The position numbers and the translations under genes are program-made. This document shows positions 35,507 to 50,039 of a DNA stretch of 64,000 nt, piece after piece. Under the pieces are notes generated by a model. It saw nothing but the letters and a program-made list of their open reading frames with translations. It did no database searches and had not been told where the DNA came from. The stretch lies in NCBI GenBank assembly GCA_964252035.1, contig OZ176202.1; one strand, given 5' to 3'. Numbering within the stretch: the first letter of the stretch is position 1; every line of letters starts with the position of its first letter. The DNA is from Podarcis erhardii (taxonomy: Eukaryota).

Positions 35507-35876
35507 GCGTGGGTGGCACTGTGGTCTAAACCACTGAGCCTATGGCTTGCTGATCAGAAGGTCAGCGGTTCGAATCCCCACGACGTGCTGAGCTCCCGTT
35601 GCTCTGTCCCAGCTCCTGCCAACCTAGCAGTTCGAAAGCACACCAGTGCAAGTAGATAAATAGGTACTGCTCCAGCGGGAAGGTAAACGGTGTTTCCGTG
35701 CGCTGCTTTGGTTTCGCCAGAAGCGGCTTAGTCATGCTGGCCACATGACCTGGAAAAACTGTCTGCGGACAAATGCCAGCTCCCTCGGCCTGTAAAGCGA
35801 GATGAGCACCACAACCCCAGAGTCGCCTGTGATGGGACTTAGCTTTCAGGGGTCATTTACCTTCTACCTTTTTACC
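35507..35876 (+). mobile_element. Sauria SINE, second subfamily
   Basis: gtgggtggcactgtggtctaaaccactgagcc head, ggttcgaatccc B-box, (accttt)-like tail. Confidence 0.88.
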
Positions 35877-36195
35877 CTTGCTGTTACTATTTCTCCACCT
35901 AAGATCATGTGGTAAGATTCATGGCCTTGAATCCATGTTTCCTCGGTCTAACACCAACATTCTATCCAATATACCCATTACCCCATAAACCTCATAGTTG
36001 AGGAGGTAAGCTGGAGAAAATATCTAAGCGTCTATTTTAAGAAAACACAGAAGTAGCCAGTCAACAGGCACTGAAAATGGCACTAATTGAGTCTTCTAAG
36101 CCTATGATTTCCAACTATATCAAGCAATAAAAAAACTGAACTAGGTAGATTAACAGAGGCATGTTTGGGGGCTATGCGGATTGTGATAAATATCA

Positions 36196-36197
36196 GA

Positions 36198-36240
<43 letters not shown>

Positions 36241-36242
36241 TA
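36196..36242. repeat. (AAT)n microsatellite
   Basis: Read directly from the sequence. Confidence 0.95.
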
Positions 36243-36410
36243 GAATTATCTATAGCACTCTGTTTCTGATGCCATCCCCAGCAACAAGTTATGTCACTAT
36301 TTTAATATTAAATGTGTGTCATGATTTGTTTTCAAGTTATGTTTTGCATGCTATTACATCACGAGAAAAATATTCTCATAGCAAGGAAAAGCAACTGACC
36401 TTTCTACATG

Positions 36411-36411
<1 letters not shown>

Positions 36412-36456
<45 letters not shown>
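36412..36456. repeat. (AC)n microsatellite ~180 nt from the BTBD9 exon donor
   Basis: Read directly from the sequence. Confidence 0.95.
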
Positions 36457-36458
<2 letters not shown>

Positions 36459-36636
36459 TTAATTTATTTAACTTATAAAGATTTATAAATAAAATACACC
36501 ATCCTCTATCTTAACAACTAACACATGGTGTTGTTTCAGATGCCGCTTAAAGAAATTGAAGCTGCATATGGAAGGTATCCAGGAGGCATGAATTTTCCCC
36601 TTAGTGAACTAGCTTTTCATAAAAAAGAAATCTTAC

Positions 36637-36826
36637 CGAATTGATCCAATCATGTAAGGTTGTGCCAACTGCACTACGATAGCACCACTGCCTAGCTGAT
36701 GGCATGTATACCCAGAATCCCAGTCGTAGTTCTTTGTGTCTCCATTCAGCAAGGCATTGCGACTTCGGCTTACGCCCTCAATCACACTGGCACAGTCTGC
36801 AACCGTTGCAATGTTCTCAGTGGGAA
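36637..36826 (-). CDS. BTBD9: BTBD9 internal exon (190 nt, ~human exon 8): (V)PTENIATVADCASVIEGVSRSRNALLNGDTKNYDWDSGYTCHQLGSGAIVVQLAQPYMIGSI(R)
   Basis: Acceptor attttaattttcag, donor CG|gtaaga, open frame. Confidence 0.97.
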
Positions 36827-37144
36827 CTGAAAATTAAAATACAAAAGAGATCAAAAGCAGGCACAGACAACCATCCATTTCTATTTCTGGGGAAGAATAA
36901 AAATAAGCAGGAACACATGGGCTGATGATTCAGAGCATAGATTAATAATGAATAAGAATGGGAGAACTGTCTGAACCAGGGCAGGCCAGAGAACCTTTAA
37001 CTCCAAAGCAGCCCTAGAACAAAATTATGGATTGCAAATAAGAATTTAGACAGGTTAATATCATAGCAATTGTTTTGCTGAAAGCAGACAACCTCAATAT
37101 TAGGATCAACATGGAATTGTGGACCAGGACAGGAATGGCAATGC

Positions 37145-37800
37145 ACTTTTTTGTTGTTGTTGGCACCCGTCTGTCTTGAGAGACAATGGAGTGCACCTCT
37201 AGGGGTGAAGTGAATCCACTGTGTTAGCAGCACCAAAGTGGAAAACGCCCTGGGGGTGCCTGCAAGCCCCCAGAATTCTGAGCGTTCTCCGGTACACACA
37301 GCTCTGGAAAAGACATCTCCCTTCTCTTCCAGTGCGCTTCTAGCGACATATACCAGATGGTATATGCACACCACACTTTTGGCATAACACAGCAAGAAGC
37401 GTGAGACATCGCAGAGCTAATCTACTATTTATTTACACACTATGTACAGACAAAAGCATAATGGCATCCGTTCTCTCCAGCTCCGAGAGAACAAAAAGCA
37501 CAAGTAAATAAGCACAAGTAAAAGTGATAAGACTGTCTTCCATTTCCCACACTCTTCTCAGACAGGTATGTGATTTACACCAATCACAAATGCAGCATTG
37601 GAGGAGTGAAATAGCTAACACTCTCCAGGGTGCAGGCCTGGGTGGTGTGTATGGAGGTCCTGAGCTGCCCAGATGATGACTCCCTTTTGGCCTCACTGAT
37701 GTGGTCCAAAGGAAACCAGAGTAATATTTTTGGCACCAGCTTGGCTGCAGGAGTTGCCGGAAGCAGGCGTACAAGACGCCAACCAACCTTCTAAGGAACT
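37145..37800 (-). mobile_element. Second, diverged copy of the (CAA)n-tailed retroelement
   Basis: ttgttgttggcacccgtctgtcttgagagacaatggagtgcac and 37680-37800 are reverse complements of blocks in 10310-10566. Confidence 0.6.
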
Positions 37801-38166
37801 CCTAATGCACAGTGACTAAAAAAAGCAGTGGTACTGGCAATAAAGAAGCTACAGCATTGGGCAGTATTGTTTTCACTGTTGCTCCAAGAACACAACACTT
37901 GCCGCTTTAGAACTGGTGGACTCCACATAATAATTTAAACTGCCTAGTGAACCTTTCATTGCAAACTGTTTTAGGTGATCTTGGTTGCAATCTCTTCAAG
38001 TGGGCCTGAGTGCTGGAAGATCATTTGCTAACACTACAGTTTTCCCCAGGCCTACTTATGCCATTCAGTTGTGGTTTCAGATAAGTTGAGGGACTCTTGA
38101 AGGCAGCACAGATTCTTGTGAATCTTTAATTCTGAGTTCAGTGTGTGTAGGTGTGTGTGTGTGTGT

Positions 38167-38466
38167 AATCATAGAATCATCGACCTGTAGAGTTGGAAGC
38201 GACCCTGAGGATCATCTAGTCCAGCCTTTCTCAACCTGTGGGTCCCCAGATGTTGTTGAACTTCAACTCCCATCACCCCTAGCTAGCAAGGCCAGAGCTC
38301 AGGAATGATGGGAGTTGTAGTCCAACAACATCTGGGACCCAGAGGTTGAGAATCACTGATCTAGTCCAACCCCCTGCAATGCAGGTATATGCAGCTGTCC
38401 CTTACGGGGATCAAACCTGCAACCTGGGGATTATCAGCACTGTGCTCCAACCAACTGAGCGATCCA
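38167..38466 (-). mobile_element. tRNA-head/CR1-tail SINE interrupted by a hAT MITE
   Basis: A-box gctcagttgg and B-box ggtttgatccc on minus, CR1-type tail. Confidence 0.8.
38222..38358. mobile_element. Palindromic hAT MITE (137 bp) nested in the SINE
   Basis: Perfect 8-bp TSD atctagtc (38214-38221, 38359-38366), internal inverted repeat. Confidence 0.88.
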
Positions 38467-38529
38467 AGCTGGAGGAGGCTCAGTAGACTCTCTGTGTAAA
38501 TGTGTAATAGGTGTTTTCAAGTGCTTCAG

Positions 38530-38695
38530 CTGAAGTTCAAGAATCAGAGAATTGTAGAGTTCGGAGGGATCCCAAGGGTCAACTAGTCCAACCCCCTGCA
38601 ATGCAGGAATCTCAGCTAAAGCATCCAAGACAAACGGCCACCCAACCTCTGCTTAAAAACCTCTGAAGAAAGATAGTCCCCAACCTCCTGAGGGA
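38530..38695 (-). mobile_element. CR1 3' fragment
   Basis: agaattgtagagtt...tagtccaaccccctgcaatgcaggaatc...aacctctgcttaaaaacctc. Confidence 0.7.
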
Positions 38696-41600
38696 GCAGA
38701 CATTATTTTCATGACTTTTATTCCTGCTTCATGTGTTGCAGTCACGATCATCATGGAAGCTGTCCACTACATGAGCCCTTTTGTCTGATGTTACTATAAA
38801 GTACACCAACATTATATGTGTGTCTTTCCAAAATGTTTTCAACCATGGAGAACTTGAAGCTAATGCTTCACAAATCCCTAATTACATAAGCAACTAGGAA
38901 ATGGAAATGCTGCGAATCCTTTAGTACTGAGACCTGAATTATGTTGATATAGTCTGACATAAGCCGACGGTGAAGAAAAAGTTACTTGGGTCTACCACCT
39001 TTCCTGGTAGACAAATGTCTCCCTTACAAAAATGTTTTGTCCCCAAACACCTAGATAGTTCCACTGTTTTTCTCCTGATCCATCCTCAGACCTATTTTGC
39101 ATTTTGCTCCTGCAGACTTTAAATAAATAAATATATCTACATTTCCTCATATTCATCTCTTTCTTGCCTCTCTCTGATCCTTCTCTTCCCTCTCGTAATT
39201 CCTCCCAATTCATTTTATTCTATTGCATAAAGTGTTTATGTATTTATTTTTTAAAAGTCTCAGCCCATCTTTCAACAACAAGGCTCCCTAAGCAGCGCAG
39301 AACAATTTAAAAACTATATACAATAAAATCAAAACACGCTTATGGAGCTTTATAAATAATAATATCGCTCAAATGTACAGATGGCTTGTTTCAGGTTAAA
39401 TAATCAAATGCTTCCCTTCGGGTTCATAATGGGGATAAGGTATTTCAAAGCTAAAACCTGTAACAATTGTTTTGTTGCTGTTTTATATCAAAGCATTTGC
39501 AACCAATATTTTCTTAGCCCATCAAGATTTAACACTCTGGAATTTTTGTAGTATTCAGTAGCTAGTATATATTTTAGGACGTTACTCACAAATTAATTTA
39601 TTCCAATTTACTGATGTGCATATTCGTTTTAAGGATGTGTTCTTGAAATCTGGTTTAATGTTTATTTATTATATAATCCATTTCAACACAAATGCTATTT
39701 ATTTATTCATTTACCAAAGCAATTGTTCAACCTGCCATTCTCTAATAAAGTTCTTGATATATACTGTATTAATGATTTTGTACTGTTTTGCACACTGGGA
39801 AATTAGACAGCAATCAGATAATTGCAATGTACAGAAAGTACCGTGTTGTTTCGGCTCCCAAGGGAAGGCTGCCACTCCCCATTCTGAATGTTCATTATCG
39901 TCTTTCATACCCGCCTGATAAATTTATTTAAAACACCATCTGGAAGGGACTTTGCTCTGTGCTGCATTTTCAGTCTTTTGGTTCCCTTCTCTTATCCCTG
40001 AGGAATTTCTGCCTCAACTTGTGTCACTTTGTTTATAAAAGTGGACTGCCAAAACCAACAGTATCTTGTTTCTATGTTTTTCTGCATTTTTTCTTCTGTC
40101 CTTCAACTAGCTAAGCAAGAGAAAAGAAAAATAAGAATGGGATACAAGGTTGAAAATTACTGTTCTCATTCTTTGTGCACGTAACAGTTCTGCCCAAGTT
40201 TAGCATATTGTTGCCATAGAATGTAAAATGATACATGCTAACAAAATGCAGACATTCTGGAAGCAAGCAGAATTTTAAAATGGACCAAGGCAGAAACAGC
40301 AGCAGGAACCGCAGGGGGTGAGGGAGATGGATATGATTTATGTGTTACTCTTCCTGACTCTTATCCTGTAACAGGTTATGGCCAACAGATTGCCAATATA
40401 TTTGATTTTGACACAAAAAAAGTTTTAAAAGGCAGTGTTATTTCCAGGACATGACCTAAAGACTATCTATATTAACTATACTTGAAGATAAGATGACATG
40501 TAATTTTACTGTCTCCGATGATACCTGATGAAAAACGAGTGAAGGGAAAAATTGCGCTCAGGCATATATCTTCTCCTGAGTATTTTCCACCTTAGTTTCT
40601 TTCTAATATGACTACTTTTTAAAAGTCAGGGGATGTTATTTGACTCAGGATCACTGGCGTTACGACTGCTAAACCCAATTTGAAGGTATCTCCTCCCTAT
40701 TATTCAGCCATACACAAAGAGAACCCCAATGGCAGTACTTATTCCTTCTAACAAATTACGAAATGTTAAAGTAGAGCACTATTGTTATTTTTTTAATGTC
40801 TGTGGGCCAAAATAGATGCAACAGAGACAACCATGTTTGTTGATTCATATGCTAGTCCAATCCACACATACAAAAAAACCAAAAACATGAAAAGCAGCAT
40901 GCAGGTTAGGGGATCTGAACCTTCATCCCCTTCATTTTAGGAACATTGTAAGCTGCTTTTCGCCAAGTCTGCTCATTTATACATCTAGTGAATATTAGTT
41001 TTTCACGTTAAAGTAAGACATAAACACTGCTCTTCGGTTTATGCATAAACAGGGATACACATGCACAAGAAACATTATTTTCCTATCAGGTCTAGTTTGA
41101 CCGTGTCTTGGCAATAAAATCCATGCTGCCTTTGGAAGTGGCGATGGGAGTTTATCCTAGACTCTTGAGTTACTGAAATGGAGTACAAAGGCAGTCCTGT
41201 TAGTCCTTAAGAAAAACTTCCAAATGCCACAGTTGAACAGTACCTTTAATCTCAGATTTCTGCATTCTTAGGGAAGTAAACAAAAGATCAGTTTAGATAG
41301 CATCAATACATTTACCACAAAGAAGTCTGAGGAAGGTCTGTCTGCCATTGAGTATGTTGTAGCAACTTTAGGGATAGGTGCATCCATTTCTGGCTCTGTG
41401 AGATCTAGATTAACTGCCAAGTATGGCTTCCTGGCTCCCAGTCATACATTCAAGTCACTCTGATGATATGAGAGTGGGTCCCATCCTCACTTTTTTTTTT
41501 TTTTTTGTCTGCTGTAGGTCTACAGACTTAACCCAGAGATGTGTCTGATATTTTTTATTTTTTTTAAAGGAAGTTAATAAGGAAGTTAAGTGACTGTGAC

Positions 41601-44459
41601 AAACATAACATGGGTGGAAATGAGAAATGACTGGAACAAACAAAATGACATCAAGGTCCAACTGAAATACTACTGGAAGCGGAGTTGTGGATAAACTATT
41701 ACAGTTCAAGAACATAATTCAGCCAGGCAAAGTCATTCAAGGAAAGCGGGGCCAAGAAGAGGGAGAGTCTGGGCAGAGTCCTGTAGACCAGACAGAGAGA
41801 TCTGGAGGGTTGCATTTGTGCCCCTGGGCATGAGGTTCCCCATCCCTGCAGTACAAAATTACTATTTATACCCCACCCATCTGGCTGGGTTTCCCAGAAA
41901 GCTGGTAAAGTTCAGTCACCAAGATTTTAAGCGATTTCCCCTTCTTTAAGCCTCAAGTCAATTATGATCTCATTATGTGTCTTTTGACAAGCCTATTCCC
42001 TGAATCTCATTCCTACCTGCAATGTGGATATAATAATCCTGGACTTTCCATAAGAATTAAAAGAAAAAATTGAAATAATTTCATAATATGTACAATCATT
42101 AAATATAAATGCTATGTTCCACCTGCCCCTGCCAGCCCAACAATAAATGTAGTACATTCTTGCTGTTATTGCATATTTTGTTGCATTAAAAGAAAATGTA
42201 AAGTGCCCTGAATATTGGAATTAAACAATATAAATGTCAAGTGTTACTGTTTACTAGTATGGAGGTTTCGAATCTGAGAATGTACAAGTGGAAATTAATG
42301 AACTACTCAGTGAGGAACCTTCTTTCAAAAGCTACAGGTGTTTTAAAGGCCTCTGAGATCAGCTTTTGTTACTGGTCTGGAAAAAAGAAATCAAATATGA
42401 ACTAGGAAGACAGGTCTGTAGATCCAGAGGAAAAATGTATAGTGGTAAATAAAACTGGCCATGTATCTCATATTCACTGTAGAAGAGAAGTCCCAGCACT
42501 ATTTAGATGGTCTTAAAATTTTCATAATTTCCTAAGGGTATGCTTACTGAAAAGCCGACAGCTGTTGCTAGGAAAACCTGTGCAAATTTAAAAGACAGCT
42601 AACCTTTAAAGGGGAAAGAAAGAACAGGGTGGCAATGGCTTTCATGCAGAAAATACATTAAACTGGACAAGGGAACAGCACCTTCTGGATGCCTCACTAA
42701 GTGAAAGGCACAGTAATATTTCACAACACCAAGGTGTACTGCTAAGAAATTGATTTGACTTTTTCCCTTTGCTAGATGTTTAAATGATTTTTATAATAAC
42801 TGCCACTGAGCAAGAGACAAATGAATGATTATTTATTCATCTTCTCCCTTACCCGACATTTTAAACAATTTCTCCTAAGGCACAAGAGGATGCACAAATA
42901 AGGGTACAGTGATTCATCGTTCAGGGAAGCATTCCCTAGAGGATAACCAAGGACATCCAATTTTTTATCTCCATCGCCTGCTCTGCACCCATTACTCACT
43001 GTTTTGTCCCTTGGAGTGTTATGAAGTAGTACAAAGATGGGACAATAAACTGAAAGCAACCTGGAAAGATAGAGATGCATACAGTTCTGTATATAAGGGG
43101 GGTGGGGAACGTTGCTAAGAAATAGTTCCAACAACCAAGCCCTCAAGGCAGCATAGGAAACTTACTGAACCTTTGTGCTTCTATAGGACTTCCTTTTTTG
43201 GTTCAGCAGAAGAGCCACCAGTAACACAGAATTCTAGAAGGTACGGTAATTCATAAGCAGCACCCAGTCTCTTTTTTCACTAACACAAATTGGACAGCTG
43301 TGAGACGTTAGTGAAGCACAGCTGATGTTTTCATTCACAAATCTTTGGGAAAGGTTCCTGGCCACCATCTCCAGGCACAACATGCCTTCTTGCGCTACAA
43401 TAATTAGTACTGTAGGGGATACTCACACTCAGGCAAGTAAATATACCAGTCTAATTCTCCAATCATACAAGTGGAAGACTATGGCAGCAGAAGTATAGTA
43501 AAATATTTATTTAGAGAGATAAGGGACAATATAAAACAATGATCAATAATAAACAGATAATAATTATGTGTATGGATAGGCTTCCTTTAAAAAAAAAAAA
43601 AAGTGTTTAGCAGACATCTAAAACAGTATAGCAATAGTGCCTGGGAGTTGCCAAAGCATATAAGTCTGTCTTTCTGTGTGGCTGCATCAAGCAGATGCAG
43701 AAAAGACATTATATGGCACTTGTGAAGGTACCAGTTCTGCAGATCAAAGAGGCTGAGTAGGCACGTAAGGCAATCCTTAAAAGTAATATTGCTCAGGCTG
43801 CTGTACAACATGATACCCTGTTCCTTTGTGTCCTTTTTATGTCTGAGAAGTAAGTGGCACAACTTCCTATGGACCTTCCTATGGAACTTCCTCCATAATA
43901 ATAGGCTTCACGGTACTGACAAGAATGGAAAAGCAGACTCCTAGGCACAAAAAGTGCTCATCCGCTTACCCCAAGCCAGCTGCCCACATATCTGTCCACT
44001 GCCAGGCACGGGTGGGGAAAAACTCAGAAGCCATATCAGAGGAAAGGAGATAGAAAGACTGTGACCAAACAGAGCAATGTTTCCCCTGGTGTGCACTCGG
44101 TTTCCCCTTACCTCCCACACAATGTTTGATATGTAAAATGCATATGACAGGGCTCATATATTTTATTTTAGGGATTGACATTCTGCTTCTCAGAAAATCT
44201 CAAACATCACTGCATATTAAAATCTTTAGTGTTGAAAACCCATTCCTTGTTTATTACAAGATGTGGGGCTGGTGATTACAAATATTCTGCCATTACATAA
44301 CACACTCTGAACATGCTGAAAACCACTCTTTTTCATATCTCCAAGAGTTGAGCCCTGATACTGAATAGTGATTTGAAGTCTCTCATCTGATTCAAATTAA
44401 GCTCTGCCTTCAGAGAATTCAGAAATAAAGGGAAATTTGGAGACTGGGCTATGTTGTTT

Positions 44460-44482
44460 CAGCAGCAGCAGCAGCAGCAGCA
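44460..44482. repeat. (CAG)n short microsatellite, intronic
   Basis: Read directly from the sequence. Confidence 0.9.
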
Positions 44483-47400
44483 CCCCCCATGTCATGACTT
44501 TCTGAGGCTCAGCATAAGAACTGTGAACAAGTATCTAGCTTGCTAAGAAAACTTGTTTATTTTGATTTGAATTATAAAAATACACCTCAGACTCAGATTT
44601 GTAAATAAGTCTCTGGCTGCATGTCATTAAAGCATTAATATAATCATATTGTTTTTGTTTTCTTCAGCATTCTAACTTCATATTAAATACAATATTTATG
44701 CCATTCTGCACAAGTGACTCATCTAATGCATTCTTTATGTGTGACTGTTGAACAAAAAGTACCCAGTTGCAAACAACGAAGAAAATTATACCCTTAACTC
44801 TAAAACTACATTGCAGAGTATTTCATATGCTATTTATTCAGTAATATCACTTAATTTAATATTAAAAATAAGACTTGAATGCGTATGTCACCATAACCCA
44901 AAATAGTCTAATTTGGCTCATTACTACAATGAGGTCGCATTTATCTGCTCTGAACACACTATTGAGAGGACTTCTGCATACTGTAGTTTAAAAATACTGT
45001 TTCCAGTATCAATGGTATTGTCTCAGTTAGGGGCCCAACTTAGACATCATGGTAAACTATACCTAATGGTTTACTGTGAACCTTGTTTTTCTAGGCTCTT
45101 TGTTTTCTCCTTGCTAGCATATGGAGGAAAGAAACTGCAATCCTTGACATAATGTTATGACTGAACCAGGGATATTGGCTTGTTTTGCTCCAAGAACCAC
45201 GATTTATAAGGCAACAAATTGTGGTTACAGGCTATGGTTTCTTGGGAGTGAAACCAACCATAATCCCTGGTTCAGATTAAATACTATGCCAGAGATTGTG
45301 CTTTGTTTATTCCACATGCTAGCAAGGAAGAGAAGAACAGACTAGAAAAGTGTAATCACAGTATATCATTAACTATGGTTTACAATAGTTTGTGTGAACT
45401 AACCACAATTTAGGGGTGCTGTTTACAGCAGTAGTCACATATAACCCATAATGTCTGGTTTCAACCTAAGTATACAATTTTCTTCTGCCAAATGTTAGGA
45501 TTTATGCAAAGGGTTTGTCTTAGATGAACCATATATGTTTGCCTGTTCACCTTTGAATAATGAGTTAAATGCTGAACAGCAATTCTTGGACAAGGCTTAT
45601 ACTGGCGTGTCACTGTATTATTTGGTAAATGTCAGAAAATGGCAGGTAATGACTTGTCTTGATAACATTGCATGTAAGACGCAGCAACATAAAATTGCTA
45701 TTATCAATCCTTCATTTTTATTACTTGTTTGCACAGCTTCTAATCTTCAGTATACAGGAATGACCATTATGTAGATGCTATAGCAAGGTAATATAATACA
45801 TCTGACAAATGATCCCCATATATATGTACAGTTACTTGATCCAACTGAAAATGACTAAAAAAGAGAGATTAAATAATGTAGCCTGTGAAGTCTTTCACTG
45901 ACCTGGTTTGTTTGAAGAATTAGCTGAATAACAGATTCATTCTCTATCATAGGTGGCTTTCAAAGTGAAATTTAAACAATTGACATTCTAAAAAGGCTAA
46001 GCATTGCTGATGAGCAAACCAATATTAAACCAATATTTATTTGGTTTCTTAATAAGAAAGGTGCTAATTTTATAAGCATACTTTTTGAAGATACAAAATG
46101 ACCATCTCTCTCTTGGACTTTGGCTGCATTGGTATTCAGAGGTGCTTACCGATGTCATTTGTGATGCCCCACAAATGGTTAAGCAGGGGCTAAACAAAAT
46201 AAGCTTAACAATTTTGAGCACAGTCTATAATAGAGATCAACTGTATTTCTGCAGTTGACCTGAGAGAACGCAGTTGGGTTGGGGGAATGCTGTTGCGAAC
46301 TGTTACTGCCTTAAAACCCTGTGCCGTCTTCTGGATATGTCTGCTCTCTTCTGCTCAACTTGTATATATGTATAAACAAGCAGATTTTACCAAGACATCA
46401 AAGGTTCTAGTATTTTGAGTATCTGTGAAAGGGTTGAAAGAGCTGCCCACAAGACTACAGCACTACTCATCGCCAGAAATCAGAGGAGAGGGATTAACTT
46501 CTAAGAGCTGTGGTATGGATATGACCTAACTTTTTAATAAGCATTTACATAGCCTACTATGTGATTACCATGCTCTGTCGAAGCTGGTCAGGGTAAATTT
46601 CCTCAGCACGTTATTAATACAAACTCATTATTCTGTTTTACCCATTGCCATCTTTAATGTAATCGTGGGACAGCAATATATCCACCATTAGTTCTGGACC
46701 CAGTTATTCTGGTCATACATTAGTACACTTATTCCTATTTTAGACTGAACTTTTCTTTAATAGAACAAAAATCTAAACAGATACTGTATAAAACTATGAC
46801 ATACTTGGTGCCCAGGTTTACCAAAGTCACTCACAAGACAAGATGCAACATAAGCTGCTTGTACATTTTACTATACAGTTGTAAAATACTACCATTCTGT
46901 TTATTTATTCCCCTCTCCCCATCTTGCCCCTTTTTACTGTAACCCAATTACTTTTAAAATTTCTACTTTCTTTGATATATCCTAATGGTTTAAGCAAAAA
47001 ATAAATTAGCATATTCTTTTGTTATTTCTTTAAGTTCTGCTTCGGGGAATTTGTAATATAATCTGCATATATTAACTGTTTTATTAACTGGTCTTGTTCT
47101 ACCATATGTGTGCACACATGCAAAGAATTTTAAACTTCTGTTCCAATGTCATTTTGTCACAAGTTGGTGGGTAAGCAAAGGGTCTAAGCCATGTGGGGTT
47201 ATTTTGACTACTGGAAGCTGCATACAGTTCCCTTACTATTTCTAAGTACTAAGCAGCAGCTGCTTTCAGAGTTGTTGTCTTCCCTCCATCTTCAAGGTTT
47301 AGAATTCTGCCACAATAGGCCAAAATTCTCTTTATTCCCTGAAATCACATTCTCACAGTGATACATATACTCTAGGTGAAAAAGACTGGGATTGGAGGAA

Positions 47401-48710
47401 GTTTGTCACTAATGAAACACATGCTGTTTTTTTTTCTGGAGGGAAGATGGATATCAACTAAGAATGCACCAGAAGGCTAGTTCCGAGCTTACGCAAGATC
47501 ACCAGGGATAATATAATTAACAATACTAACAAGTAAAAATAATGCCTGGTTCCTTGTAACTTCACTTTTAGCAGTGAGGAAACTGCCAGAAGGCCCTCGG
47601 AGCTGGACATCAGTGTCCAAGCCAAATCATGGTGGTGGAGATGTTCCTTCAGGTATACAGGATTTCTTTGTTATTATGTTATGGATTTTGGTGTTTTACA
47701 TTGTAAACCACCCTGTGATCTTTGGATGAAAGGTGGTATAGAATTTTAATTAATCATCACCATCATCTGGTTGGCCATTTTAAGAACAGAATGCTGGACT
47801 AGATGGGCCACTGGTCTGATCTAAGCAGGCTTTTATATTTGGAATAGCGATAGGTTCAGTATCTCCAACTCCTATAGCACACAACTGAACACAAACCTGA
47901 GAAGTCCCATCTCCCTCAATCAATGGTGGTCAAACAAATATTTGATATTTTCCTGTGTTAATAAAGAAGGTGAAGTTTCAAGAAGCTAAAACAATTGTTA
48001 AAGCTCACAGAATGCTTGAAGAATACCTTGAAGTAAGGTACTTAAAACCAAGTCACATTTTTATACACTATTTATTAGTCAATAAAAAAGGAAGTTGCTC
48101 TGATAATCAACAGGGCAGAATTCAAATATATTTTAGACATGGCTACATGGCATTTAAATGCTCGGTTTTTCCCATAGATAATGGCACACTTTTAATATAT
48201 TGTTATTCTTAACAAAATCCAACACTGCTTTTGAAAGGGTATCTCACCATTTAATGTTTGCTATAAAAGAAACATTTAAGACTTTACAACCTTAAGCTGC
48301 AGAGGTTTTGCAATATCAGGATTTTGCACCTATAAAGGAAACAGTTATTGTGCACTGAACGTGATTGCTCTCATTCAAGTCAGCAAACACAGAAAGCCAG
48401 TCCAGGGCTGCTATTAGAAACTAAGGGTCTTTAACAGCACTGGACAACCTTGAAAAGAAATTATGATTAAGAACCTGATTTATCTGAGAGTCTGAATTGA
48501 TGATCTGTTACATCAGCAAATAATTATTTATGATGAGGAGCAATGATTACTGAGCCAGCAAAGCACCACAAATTCTAATCTTCCACACTGATGTCACAAA
48601 GCAGCCTAGGAAGTCCACATATGCCCTTTTGGCAATTACTACCTAGCACAATATAGTTATTGGCATAAGGCCAATAACTGATGCTAGGCCTATTCGGATT
48701 TCTGCTACCT

Positions 48711-48861
48711 TAGAATCATAGAATTGTAGAGTTGGAAGGGATCCTGAGGGTCATCAAGTCCAACACCTTGCACTGCAGGAATCTGCAGCTGTCACATACA
48801 GGGATGAAACCTGCAACCTTGGCATTATCATGAACCATGCTCTAACCAACTGAGCTATCCA
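48711..48861 (-). mobile_element. tRNA-head/CR1-tail SINE
   Basis: Minus strand reads tggatagctcagttggttagagc (A-box)...ggtttcatccc...ttccaactctacaattctatgattcta. Confidence 0.85.
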
Positions 48862-49209
48862 AGCCCTTGTTTAAATCAAAATGGGGGGGGGGGAGTGTAC
48901 ATGGAGCTACTGTGATCACCCATACTCCCCTCCCCACTTATTCTTTTACAAAGAAAGCAAACATCTGAATGAGGCTATGGTGTGTCATAATATCATACAG
49001 ACACTGGCAAAGTCCTGCACACTGAAGGCATTAGACATTGGGACTTTTTTCATAATGCAATTAAATGGCAGCATATAATTGAACACTCCACCCCACTAGA
49101 CACACAGCAATTCTATTTAAACACTATAATGAGTTGAAGAGTTGGCATAAATTTATATTCTGCTTTCATGGCTAACATTTGCATTATTTGTTCTGTTATT
49201 AGCACTTAC

Positions 49210-49319
49210 CTATCAGGCCTTTCTCAAGTGTGAAGGTTTTGTTGGTGAACATGCATTCAAAAGCCACGATATGGAAAACTTTGTTCACTGTGTTGTGTGT
49301 TCCAACTATTCTGATGTAC
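49210..49319 (-). CDS. BTBD9: BTBD9 internal exon (110 nt, ~human exon 7): (R)YIRIVGTHNTVNKVFHIVAFECMFTNKTFTLEKGLI(V)
   Basis: Acceptor ttcttcccttgtag, donor G|gtaagt, open frame, in frame with the next exon. Confidence 0.97.
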
Positions 49320-50039
49320 CTACAAGGGAAGAAATAATGGAGAAGTTGAGAAAATGTGGAAAGTCTACGTCACGCCTTGGAATAGCAATAATGCTAGAAG
49401 TAACTATGTTAAGGATCAGTTTTAATTATCTCCTCTGGGTGAAGGCACCTTTATTTGGGGCCTAATGCAATTCTCAATCCCCAGAGGTTTGCTGAAAAAA
49501 TAGATTTGGGGTAGAAAATATCCCACCAAGTGGAAAGCAGTGTAACACCGCCTGACAGTAGCAAGCACAATGACTTGTCACACATTATATCTAGTACCTG
49601 CACTAAAGTGATATTAGAAGAGATATAAATGAATAGTTAGAGGGAGCAGTAGCTGGAGCCTTTTTTCCCCATGCAACCTCAATAAATGTAGCAGGCTTAT
49701 TCTTTAAAAAAAAAACACAACATGCATTTGATTTCCAAGCAAACAAAAACTGAAGGCTATTTAATTCAACATCATTAACATGTCCATTATACATCCACAC
49801 TTCAAAACTACAAAAACCCCTACAAAACCCAGGCTTCCATTTTTCACTGAAGACATATTATTCAGTAGGTTTTCATCATAATGAAAGGTTTTATACATCA
49901 AAGACAAACTCAATAAATCAATCCTCCTCACCTGCAAAAATGAACCTCTGTCTTTTGTCATGCCCTTATTCACATTCCACATTATCACTTGAAACACACA
50001 ATGGCTTCTATGGGTCATCACAGGCTCATCACAGCTATC

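Noticed and set aside
46235-46460. LTR-like stretch (tgtatatatgtataaacaagcagattttaccaagac)
   Set aside because: No matching TG...CA ends with a TSD could be fixed.
48820-48861. tRNA-like A/B boxes (also near 8340, 38420 and in Sauria SINE heads)
   Set aside because: These are SINE heads fused to retroposon bodies, with no complete cloverleaf.
20072-49319. Possible circRNA of the three exons (408 nt, a multiple of 3, stop-free frame)
   Set aside because: The arithmetic holds, but I found no clear inverted repeat pair across the two flanking introns, so there is no positive evidence.
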